A stretch of 62,111 nt of DNA from Octopus bimaculoides (taxonomy: Eukaryota). The DNA lies in NCBI RefSeq assembly GCF_001194135.2, contig NC_068996.1, positions 54,436,065 to 54,498,175 on the forward strand, in the 5' to 3' direction. Below, piece after piece: positions 39,497 through 50,343 of this stretch. Under the pieces are notes generated by a model that worked only from the letters and a program-made list of their open reading frames with translations, was not told the origin of the DNA and searched no databases. The translations under genes and the position numbers were made by a program. How positions within the stretch are numbered: position 1 is the first letter of the stretch; every line of letters begins with the position of its first letter.

Positions 39497-41546
39497 GGAT
39501 AGATAGATAGATAATATGAGAATGTTTCCAGCCGTTTAGAATGAACATATAGATTCAGATTTATCATATTGATTTGTTCGTTCGATTTTCCTTTAGAGTA
39601 ATTCACAACTAACCAACAAGTTGATAATATAAAGCAATTAGCCCATCACGCTTCCTTTGGTGTGGTCGCTTTGACTGGCAAAACCAATATAATGAATGAT
39701 TCCATTTCCTCTTCTTTGGACTCGTAATTTCAGTATGCTTAATATATTAGATCGATGTAAACTCTGTGTAATGTCTGAAGTACATGCAGATTTCCAATAG
39801 CAGTTAGCGTATTTCCATATAAATTAACAGACAAGCATACGTATTTAAATAATGTCATCTGAAAGGCGAAATAACACGTCACAAATCTCTTACTGTCTTT
39901 TATTCCATTTTTCACGATTTTCTACTTTTGTGTTTAATTTTACAAAGAGCGGTAATGAGACTGTGAAACGGCGCTTTCGACACTTTACTTTATTTTGTTT
40001 ATTGCCCCCACAGTATAGAGTTCAAATTTCGATGAAGTCAACATTGCTTTTAATCCAAGCGGTGTCAATAAAATTCGTACCTGTATTATGCTAGAATAAT
40101 TACACCATTTCCATAAAAGAAAGGGCGACAGCCTACTTTGCAGTTTATTAACCAAAAGATCTAAGATTCGTATTCTGTCGATAGTGCTGTGGGATGATAC
40201 TCTTCCTCACCACACTTAGTTGAAGCACTTAATATCTAATAAAGGTTTCATTAAGTTAACAGTGCTCAGATAAACTGAGCTCGAATTCTCTCATGAAAAA
40301 AAAAACAGCCTTTAACCTACTGATGCTTCCATTCAGGAAGAATGATGTTTCTCTGTGAATTAACATTTCTGACAACTATGATAATCTCCAGCTTATTTCG
40401 CCAACATCACATTTTACATGACACAAATCTACAGAGTGACCCAAATGACTTGCTTCTACAATTTGACGAGATATTCTAACTTTGTGTTTAGTTGGCTCAT
40501 TTCACTTATAATTACAATACAATATCTGTTTGGTCGGTACTAAGAAAATTATCCTGCTTAGTAAAATTACATGACATCATAACTGTATTATACCATTCCC
40601 AAAAATTGGTTCGAAGTCATTTTAAAAAAGGCAAAATAGTTTTAATATATGAAGCACTCAAGCAGAGTCTATAAACCCTAAAATTTCGAAACCATGTAAA
40701 TAGTTAACGAATAAACTTACATCAGTGTGATTAAATCCAAAGGATGTAAACGCCAATGTACTTGGAGCCAAAACAGTTGCTGTTGTTGTTTAAGGATTTC
40801 TTTCTTTAAGACAGTTGCTAATTTGCGGTTCGAGGGAGATGTGGTTGCTATTTCTAGCAGAGGGAGCCATCAAGTAGCAGCTCCCTCATCGGCTCAACAA
40901 AATAGTTCTTTGTATGTGCAGTATTAAGGTTTGATCAATGTGTCATTAAGCAGCGTCTCTCAGACTGACAAAAGCTCTCCCCCTCCTCCGCCAAAATATT
41001 AGTCTTGTTTTACTGACACCATCTCCGCTCTTTAGTAATGAGAAGACAAAACAGAGTTTACATCAATATAATTTCTTTTTACGCCAAGCTGTTGGATAAA
41101 TTTTAAATGTTTTAAGCAATATCTTAATTTTATTAAATGGCAAATTATACGTCCCATTGTCAATCCCTATTTCTCGACCCTATGAGAAGCACTAACCAAG
41201 AACATATATTGTCATATGTTTCTTTATTCTATACACGTCTGTGTATAAATATATGGGTGTATCTCTGTGGTGAGGCGAGTGTAAATGTGTGTATGTGCGT
41301 GTATTTCAGATATATCTAAAAGGATCGATTCCTAGAAGTAAAATTAGTCTCTTGATACTCGGACAGAAATTATAGTCAAACGATGCAACAGTTACTGAAT
41401 TACTGCGAAAACAAAACCTTCCCGCAGCTCGGTGCGAATATAATTATTATGTAGCTTTTATTTTAATTTTCTTTCTTATTTTGTTGTGTATTTTCGACAA
41501 ATTGGACGAAAACTGAAAATCAGTTTTAATATAAGAGATTCTATTT

Positions 41547-41741
41547 AAGGAAGGAAACTGGCAGAATCGTTAGCACGTCGAGGAAAATGCTTAGCGGCGT
41601 TTCGTCCGCCTTTATGTTCTGCGTTGAAACTTCTCCGAAATCGACTTTACTTTTCATTCCTTTCGGGGTTGATAAAATAAGCACAATGGGAGTACAGAGG
41701 TCGAAATTGCTGGCCTTGTGCCAAAATTTGAAACCATTATT
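41547..41741 (+). mobile_element. SINE family A with internal deletion
   Basis: ctggcagaatcgttagcacg..ggggttgataaaataag..ccttgtgccaaaatttgaaacc. Confidence 0.85.
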
Positions 41742-42413
41742 AAAGAATATGTTCCTTCGAAATCCTAGCTACACCTATAAGAATAAACTGATTATGATCT
41801 GAATTTTTCAAAACTTAATGGGTTTTTTTATATATATATTTGTGAATATAAAAGTATGTACAATGGCAAATATCTTCAGCCAATATTGATAAACACATTT
41901 TCTTTATTTTCACATATTCTTCATCTGACCATTAATATCCCTCCCTTTCACTAATTTTGATGCTGCGTTCATATCAGGTGGTCGATTGGTCTCCACAGTT
42001 AATAATCTTAATCTGAATATTCCCTGTGTTTGTTGTTTTTTAATTATCAAAACTGTAGCTGCATTCAGGTTTGTTGGCATCTTGTATGCTTCTTCCTTGT
42101 TGGCAATCTTCCTATATAAATTCCTATTTCTTTATTTTTAGGAAAATCTTATATAAATAAAATATATAGTAGCCATTTTTATCCATCCAAGTGAGATTTT
42201 TTTACCTTCTGTACAAGTCTATTTGGATCAAATCAATTGATGTCGCTAATATATCGAAGAACTGTTTGTCAGCACCTATATTTAGAACTGATTCCAACGC
42301 TTTTTATCATTAGTTTGTTGTAAGACAAGCTCTATGTATTTCTTAGGTCAGAACGTTATCATTTAGCAGTACTCGTACACATACAAACACATACACGTAT
42401 AGATGTGTGTGTG

Positions 42414-42481
<68 letters not shown>

Positions 42482-44369
42482 NNNNNNNNNNNNNNNNNNN
42501 NNNNNNNNNNNNNNNNNNNNNNNNNNNNNNNNNNNNNNNNNNNNNNNNNNNNNNNNNNNNNNNNNNNNNNNNNNNNNNNNNNNNNNNNNNNNNNNNNNNN
42601 NNNNNNNNNNNNNNNNNNNNNNNNNTATATATATATATATAATACGTATATGTATGTATGTATGTATGTATTTATATTTGTCTACTTTTAAGAGAAAGTG
42701 GATCTACAACAGTTACTCATTCGGTTTGTAAGTAGCTCAATGTTTGTTATCAACTTACATTCCCTAAATTAAATCTGTTACTAATCAGTTTTAAGTTTGG
42801 AACCGTATCAAATCAATTTTCTTTGGCATAAAATGTAGGGTCTCTATAAAAACATGTGGTAAGAGTTGATATTCTTTAATTTTGAATAAACCATAATTTT
42901 TTTAAAGGAATTAATTATGCTAGTATTTTGCCAAATGAAGAGCAGGAAAAAATAAAATAAATATTGAAGTGAGCTTTTTTTAATAATAGAGTTCTCTACA
43001 CGTAACAACAGAATGGTTGATAGTTTTCCTCTTTTGTGTGTTTCATCTAGACGATTTTTTTCTCGGTATCTGTATAGTTCTATTCAAGTCCCTTTCTTAA
43101 TATCATCCATGTAATCAACCAGCAAATGTAACACAACAAAATATCCTCGTTTTTTGAACAAGGTTTCTGTATTTATTGGCTTTCATTAATACTTTATTCA
43201 TAATTTCATTTAAATACATTTGAATGTTTAAACGTTTTGAATGTTTAAACGTTTTGAATGTTTAAATTTCATACTACCGGATTCGATAAAATTTGTTTTA
43301 AATTCTATGATTATTATTTTGGTAATATTAATGTTAGTTAACTCTCGGTATTTTCATTTCTCAATTTGTTTTCTTCAATAGTGGTATTGTTGTTATTCAA
43401 ACTTGAAGGAAATTTATTATTCTCTTTGTGTATTGTAAAACCCAACTTATTAAACACATTTTTTTCTCAAGAATTAGGGATGCGTCTAATATATGGCATT
43501 GGAACTCAATGTTTCCCACCCTGCATAATTTATTGAGGAAAACGCAATAATGTAACTCTTTATTACTTTAAGATAATTATTTTTAATTGTATACCAATAT
43601 ATTTTAAAAACTAATATATCGGATTGTAGTACAACATTGACAATGGTAGCTGTCGTGCAATGCACTGTCTTAACTCAATTTATGCCCCAAATTTGAGATA
43701 CATGCTATAAATGATAACATATTATCTACAGACTATTGTGGTAGGCTATATCAGGAATTTTTTTTTATTATGGATTTTCGGGGTTCTTTTTCTTTTTGCA
43801 TTTTTAAAAGAAAATTTAATTTCCCATTTATTTTCGCCAATCTTGGAAGCTTGAAAAACCAAAGTCGAGGATGGAAAATTAAACGTCGAAAATTGAATAC
43901 GACGATCTGATATCGACTCGCTACCCTTCAATTTTATTATTGATTTGTTTTTGTTAGACTAGACACAAAATCCCAAAGATTTATAGAAAGGTATAAATGG
44001 GAACTGTGACGCTCAAGCCTTTCCCAATGGCTTTAGAAGAGTAAGTAAATTGGTTTAACCTCAACCAGGAATCGGACCCGCATTAAAAATTGACACATGG
44101 AAACCGTAACGCTTTGTCTGCAAGACTTTTCATTTTCCTTTATAACATTTGTTTGTTGCGTGTTATTTTACATGACACGGACGTTATTACATTCTATCAA
44201 ACAAATCGGGTCCCAGTTCTGTGTTAGTTACTAAAGAGAATTGAGGAAACACAAAATAATAAATAATTTGTATTCACTCGCCTACCTTAGACTGATACTA
44301 AAAATACTTTCATTTACTTTCCTTACACATTTGCATTAAACGTAATTAGAAAATTTATGATACTTTAAC

Positions 44370-44940
44370 CGAATGCCGTCTTAGATGTGAGAACAATCCA
44401 TTGTGGTCGTCACCTCGACTTATTGTAGGGCATGAAGTATCTTCTGGCCCTTAATAATAACAGCTATGTTAGGGATGTGCTTTCGTCAGAACAGATTCTC
44501 GGTGATAGTAAGACCCAAAAATTAGAGCGATTTTGAGGGCTCTAGCTGAGTGATGCACATGATTAAGGTAGGAGTGCAATCAAAATTTGTTGATAGAAGA
44601 AGCGTTTATGTTTTCTTGTTGTTGAAAGAGACTTCTGCTCATTGGACGGTATCTTCAAGTTTTCTCTTCTCGTTGTCAGTGTACGATTAGCGTGTAATAT
44701 CCAGGTTGCAAACGGATAATGAAAAATCGGTGTATATTAGGGAGGAAAGAAGGAAATAAAGGGTAGTGTTGTGGTACGTAAGTCCTTGATGTATAAGAGG
44801 AGAATGGAAGATCAAACCAAAACTCGGGGTACGCTAGAATTTCTAGAATGGAGGGCAGAAAGAACTTCATCAACATGTAAGCTAACGATCCAGGTTGTTT
44901 GTGTACGCGTAAGTACGTGTGAATGGCCGCATATGTCAAC
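44370..44940 (-). mobile_element. Ancient CR1/L2-group LINE RT fragment
   Basis: Minus-strand NSSVPRVLV*SSILLLYIKDL (cf. GVPQGSVLGP.LFLLYINDL), LGLTITENL, TTMDCSHI*DG; heavily decayed. Confidence 0.5.
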
Positions 44941-44980
44941 ACACTGAATCGAGCATTAATATTATATTTTATTTCTTTTT

Positions 44981-45208
44981 AAGGTGGTAAGCTGGCAGAA
45001 TCGTTACGGTGCCGGGCGAAATGCTTAGCGGTTTTTCGTCCGTCCTTACTTTCTGAGTTCGAATTCCGCCTAGGACGGCTTTGCCTTTCATCCTTTCGGG
45101 ATCGAAGAAATAAGTACCGGCCAAGGACTAATGTCGATGTAATTGACTTAATCTCGCCCCTGAAATTTCTGGCCTTCTGCCAAAGTTTAAAACCAATATT
45201 ATGTTTTA
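44981..45208 (+). mobile_element. SINE family A inserted into the polypyrimidine tract of the EAG acceptor
   Basis: Full-length copy; ttttatttctttt at 44967-44979 and 45209-45221, directly followed by cag|exon. Confidence 0.88.
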
Positions 45209-45224
45209 TTTTATTTCTTTTCAG

Positions 45225-45421
45225 GTAAAGGTGATGTCTTTGGAGACAACTTTTGGAAGGAATCAACAGTTGGACAATCTGCTGCTAATGTAAAAGCACT
45301 TACATACTGTGATCTTCATGTTATAAAACGAGACAACTTGTTAAGTGTTTTGAAATTCTATCATTCATTTTCTCATTCTTTTGAGCGGAACCTGACGTTG
45401 ACATACAACCTGAGACACAGA
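45225..45421 (+). CDS. eag: EAG K+ channel coding exon (CNBHD C-terminal half and intrinsic ligand); 197 nt, phase 1 to 0
   Basis: tcag|GTAAAG...CACAGA|gtacgt; [66 protein letters not shown]; in frame with both flanking exons. Not in the ORF track. Confidence 0.97.
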
Positions 45422-45588
45422 GTACGTATCTTTCTTTAATTCACATCTGTTTATGTAGAGATATGAGCTGCAGTTGGTCTAATTAACTGACGGTTCGTTT
45501 ACATATGGAGTAGGATATGAAGGGAGGTAATTATAATTAACGGGTTATGGTATAGTAATGATGAATGCTTATTCGCAATTCAGGTGAA

Positions 45589-45985
45589 ACCACATGGTTT
45601 CCGGTTCGGTTTCAATGCGTGGTACCTTGGGCAAGTATCTTCTACTATAGCCTTGAGACGACCAAAGCCTTGTGAGTGGATTTGGTAGACAAAAACTGAA
45701 AGAAGCCCATCGGATATAGATATATAGATAGAGAAAGAGAGGGGGAGAGAGATGTGAGTATGTCTGTGTCTTTGTGCCTGTGTTTGTCTCCAACTACCAT
45801 TTGACAACCGGTGTTGGTGTATTTACTTCCCTATAACTTAACGGCTCGGCAAAAGAGGCCGATAGAATAAGTACTAGGCTTAAAAATAATAAGTACTAAG
45901 TTCAATTCGTTCAACTAAAATTCTTCAAGGTGGTGCCCCAGCATGGTCGCAGTGTAATGAGTAAAACAAGATTAAAAGATTAAAA
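45589..45985 (+). mobile_element. SINE family B, 5'-truncated
   Basis: aaccacatggtttccggttcgg..ccaaagccttgtgagtggatttggtagac..ccccagcatggtcgcag. Confidence 0.87.
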
Positions 45986-47067
45986 AATAACGCACACACC
46001 CCAGTTCTTCTGTCTACCAGTCATGAAGGATTAGTAGCGCATTCATTGACAAATAATTTGAATGATTATAAAGACATGCCTTAATTTTTAGTTATTTTCC
46101 TTTCTTCGGCGCCATCCGTTCGTTAGATCCGTAGTTTTTAAACTTTACTTTATAGAAATGCTACTCCCACGTTTTTGTTAATGCTGAAGAAAAAAAAGTA
46201 AGTGTTGTTTTGCAGCAAGAAATTTATGTACCTTCTCAAGTGTTTTGGATTCCACCCGACCACCACCTTTTCTTTCTTTTCTTTTTAAGTAATCCCTTCT
46301 CAAAATCATATATAATTCTTTCTTTTACGAGTATTATATGCAATTTCTTGGTTGTATATGATACACTTTGTGATACCATCGGGTATCGGGCAACTTTTTC
46401 AATAATGTTCACAATGAATTGTTTATCATACGGTTTATACAATTCTACACCATGCTGTCTTGTACTACATTTATACAATTCAGTGCAGACGTTCAAAGTA
46501 CCGTATTTGTTCATGCATGAGCCGCACCACTAATTTAGTGTTAAACCTTGGTACAAAATGTTTTCTGTTCACAGTTTTAGTTTTGCCCCCGTGTTTAAGT
46601 TCCAACCCAGTTTGTTCTTGTTTGTTTTTGATTTTTTTTTTCAATTAAAATCAAGAGTAAAATAGTACAACTTATACAGAAGTAAATAAAGTATTAACAA
46701 TGGAGCTAGATATACTCCGTGATACACAAGTCACTCTGCACACTTTGGAAACAAGTGTTCGAAACGCAATTATTGTAGGGATACTACAACGAAGAGCACC
46801 ATATACAGCCAATACAAGGGATTATAACACGCACATACACACACGCATATTCATACCTACATACATACATACGTACGTACATACATACATACATGCATAC
46901 ATACATACATACATACATACATACAAGCATACATACATACATACATACATACATACATACATACATACATGCATACATGCATACATACATACATACATAC
47001 ATACATACATACATACATACATACATACATACATACATACATGTCTGTTAGAAATAAAAAAATTACA

Positions 47068-47111
47068 TCGAGCCAGCAAAATCACTGCGTGCAGTGATTT
47101 TGCTGGCTCGA
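47068..47111. repeat. Perfect 21-bp inverted repeat with 2-nt spacer
   Basis: tcgagccagcaaaatcactgc-gt-gcagtgattttgctggctcga. Confidence 0.95.
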
Positions 47112-47119
47112 ACAAAATA

Positions 47120-47262
47120 CATAGCAGTTCAATTTTCGCTGAGGTCAACTTTGCCTTCCATCATTTTCAGGTCGATAAAATAAGTACAAGTTGAGTACCG
47201 CGACGTAATCGACTGGCCCCTCTCTTTAAAATTGCTTACCTAGTGCCAAAATTTGTAGCCAT
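47120..47262 (+). mobile_element. Partial SINE family A
   Basis: gaggtcaactttgccttccatc..ggtcgataaaataagtac..gtgccaaaatttg. Confidence 0.75.
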
Positions 47263-48230
47263 GTCTATTTATACAGCGCACCACTGTTATCTACATTGTA
47301 CTCTACAGCGTGTGGCACAACATTGCAAAATTCCCATATATGATATATACTTCCATTTATAATGCACTCCTTGTCAGTACTTATATGTTGGTTGTAAGGA
47401 AGATGATGGGGAATATAGTAAGGAAAGAAGAAAGGACTGCAAATTATTTTAGAATAGATCTCTAGATGTTGCTGTGTATTATCTTATACAAATGAATGAA
47501 ACTATACAAATGAATGTAAAAACGTAATGGGTTGAATATGTTGAAGGTTTGATTATGTATTTGTATTCCTTATTGAATTTCTTCAATTCACAGCCGTTAT
47601 CAACATTTAATTCGATAAAGTGATCTGTTGTGGTGCACAATCAAGCGTCAAATTTCCTGGTCATACTACCCTCTGCGAAAAAAACTCATGCAGCATGTAG
47701 AGTAGACACCCAGCCATGCAATTTAAATACATGTATCTACATTTGTTTTGTATCTATTTGTGTGGGGGGGGTCTCTCTCTCTATATATATATATATACAG
47801 ACAGACAGACAGTTAATTCGAAGAAGTTAAGTCCTCATTAGGGATTATATAATCCAAGGCACTTCACTGGTTCACTCCGTATCATATAATGGTAAAGTCA
47901 TTTGTATATTTTAGGATTATTGAAATTATATATGTGGAGAAGAAAATGGAGAATAAATGGATGTAATTACTGATTTATTTGCATGTTGTAAAAATCATTA
48001 CAAATAAATTGGAAGGTGAAAGCTCAAAAAAGTTAAGAAAAAAAACGTAAGAAGGCCCTACATATATGTTTCTGTCAAACCAATAAGCTGATGGGAATCT
48101 CCAAAGCATGTTGTTTAGTGTCAAAGAAATTGCTACATTCATATTATTTTATGGTTGGACTTCTTCAAGGTTCAAAATGAGCTCACTCCATTTAGGCGAT
48201 CATTATACCTTTTGGGGGAAGATATATTCT

Positions 48231-48370
48231 ATGCCTATATGCTGAAAGTAAACTTCAAATACGTCTGCAGATCTTCACTTCACATATACAACTTTCCCGC
48301 TTTCAACCTGTGTATATGTGAAGTGAAGATCTGCAGACGTATTTGACGTCTATTTTCAGCATATAAGCAT
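48231..48370. repeat. Long hairpin: 60-bp arms with 4 mismatches, 20-nt loop
   Basis: 48231-48290 is the reverse complement of 48311-48370. Confidence 0.93.
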
Positions 48371-48519
48371 GGTAGCTTCCGTACCTTTAAGTATAATTGA
48401 ATCCTATAAAATTATATATCTCAATGTATGTATTTTACTTAAAGGGTTTTTTTATATGCTGGCCTCTGATAAAATTCATTAATTTTAATGATTTTATCCT
48501 TTAATTATATTTGTGTGTG

Positions 48520-48561
<42 letters not shown>

Positions 48562-48602
48562 TGTCTGTCTGTCTGTGTGTGTGTGTCTGTGTGTCTGTGT
48601 GT

Positions 48603-48634
<32 letters not shown>

Positions 48635-48765
48635 ATTGTGACTGAATATACATGATGACAAAAGAAGGAGGACGAAAATGCAGGTACTGTTATTATATTA
48701 TATCAACAATTTTTCTTATGATAACTAATCTCTAATCACATTTTTATCTTTCTTCTTTTATATAG

Positions 48766-50202
48766 TTGGTATTCCGTAAGGTAGCGGATGTAAAGAAAGA
48801 GCGTGAATTAGCAGAGAAAAGAAAAAATGACCCACCTTTGGATTTATCGAGTGATCACCCGGTGCGAAAATTAATTTCTCGGTTCCGGAAAATTAGCGAT
48901 GCTCGTGCTATACAAACGGACGCCGAGTTGGATGCGCAAACAAATAACAACCATAGTGAGGTTGATGGGCCTGGTAGCGAAGCCCGTGTGATTAATGTGT
49001 CTGAGAGTCCGCCTCAAACAAGTAATGTGCCTAAACTAGGCGGAGGAGGAGGAGGAGCTTCTAAATGGAATAAGTTTTTAGGGAAGGAGAATGGTAGGTC
49101 TTCAGATATTGCGAGATCATCTGATCATGGGAAGCCAGATTATTATAAAACGACCGGAAGTAATGTTGAGCATAATATACAGTGTGAGGAACCTAAAATA
49201 CCTGACATTACAAGCCGATCATCTGTGAAGCAACTTTCGAAATGGGGCCGAATAATAGCAAAGCAACAGGATACTATCGTCGAAGACCCTGAAGACGAAT
49301 TGAAATCAAATCTACAGAAGAGTGACTCCACAGATAGTGGCATACTCAAAAGCAATGTAAAGCTTGATCAAATATCTGAAGAGCCACCAAATCACTTATC
49401 AGCTAATGTTTTGTCGACTAAATTGGTAAGTGAGAATGAAAAGACAGATAGTACCGTTGCAGAAAATACACTTGGTGCTGGATGGAGCGTTCGTTGGAAT
49501 TCAAATGAACGAGGTTTGTCGCTTGGACGACCAACAGAAACCAGCGCTAAAGAAAGATTTTTTAATATTGGAAATGCTGATCAACAAGTAATGAACTTTC
49601 TGGAAGATATTCGTCTTGAGCAAAAAGAAGAATTCAAAAGCATTAATACTAGAATCAGTCGGATAGATGAGCAAATTGGCGAAATTCTACGACTTTTTAC
49701 TCCGTCTTCATCTCCATGTTCTTCAAGATTATCTAGTTTCCCATGTTCAAAATACAATTCTCCAAACACAACTGCCACAAATACAGAAGTTACGTCACCA
49801 AAAAATTATCTTTCTTCATCTCCAAATTGGAATTCATTAGAGAGTATGCATACAGTAAGCAAAGGTTCTTCTGTAACAGGGGAACAGTTTCTCAATATAG
49901 AAGTTTCTCCTATGCAGCATCAACCCGTAGTGCCAATGGCTCAACCAGTGCGAGATGAAAGTCTAGATTCAAACACATCAGATAATGCTGTCCAGGCAAA
50001 GCCAGATACACCAACAAGCCGAAGATCCAGCAAATCTTCTAATACGTCATGGAAAAGTTTCTCGAATGAAAATAGTAAGAAAAATAAAGCAAAAAATGAG
50101 AAAGGAAAGGAGGACAAAGTAAAAGAAACAAATTTCGGTGGAAGGAAAGTTGAAGACGATGAAAATATTCCTTTCAAAGATAAAGATTTAGATATAATGT
50201 AA
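48766..50202 (+). CDS. eag: EAG K+ channel terminal coding exon (cytoplasmic tail, 478 codons, first codon is TTG=Leu)
   Basis: tatag|TTGGTA; LVFRKVADVKKERE..DHPVRKLISRFRK (CaM-binding region), KSDSTDSGILKS, heptad segment VMNFLEDIRLEQKEEFKSINTRISRIDEQIGEILRL; TAA at 50200-50202. Confidence 0.95.
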   Translation: MVFRKVADVKKERELAEKRKNDPPLDLSSDHPVRKLISRFRKISDARAIQTDAELDAQTNNNHSEVDGPGSEARVINVSESPPQTSNVPKLGGGGGGASKWNKFLGKENGRSSDIARSSDHGKPDYYKTTGSNVEHNIQCEEPKIPDITSRSSVKQLSKWGRIIAKQQDTIVEDPEDELKSNLQKSDSTDSGILKSNVKLDQISEEPPNHLSANVLSTKLVSENEKTDSTVAENTLGAGWSVRWNSNERGLSLGRPTETSAKERFFNIGNADQQVMNFLEDIRLEQKEEFKSINTRISRIDEQIGEILRLFTPSSSPCSSRLSSFPCSKYNSPNTTATNTEVTSPKNYLSSSPNWNSLESMHTVSKGSSVTGEQFLNIEVSPMQHQPVVPMAQPVRDESLDSNTSDNAVQAKPDTPTSRRSSKSSNTSWKSFSNENSKKNKAKNEKGKEDKVKETNFGGRKVEDDENIPFKDKDLDIM

Positions 50203-50337
50203 ATGTTTCAGTTACATTTGCAAACCTGTTTGATTGTAATCCATATAGGATGAATGAAAGCAAAATTGTGTTGAAATACAAAGTTAAAGAGAAACATAAC
50301 GAGCTATTGGAAGAGAAAACATTCCTGATATCATTTG

Positions 50338-50343
50338 AATAAA
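50338..50343 (+). promoter_or_regulatory. First AATAAA after the eag stop codon (candidate proximal polyadenylation signal)
   Basis: Motif only; common by chance in AT-rich DNA. Confidence 0.3.

Noticed and set aside
43220-43266. 17-bp unit repeated ~2.8 times
   Set aside because: Ordinary slippage minisatellite; no spacers, not CRISPR-like.
49039-49056. Six-glycine run in the EAG tail
   Set aside because: Short (GGA)n tract in a low-complexity linker; unremarkable.
49426-49431. GTAAGT donor consensus inside the last eag exon
   Set aside because: The nearby AGs I tested (49462, 49537, 49544) give out-of-frame excisions, and one such hexamer in 1.4 kb is expected by chance; RNA-seq could revive it.
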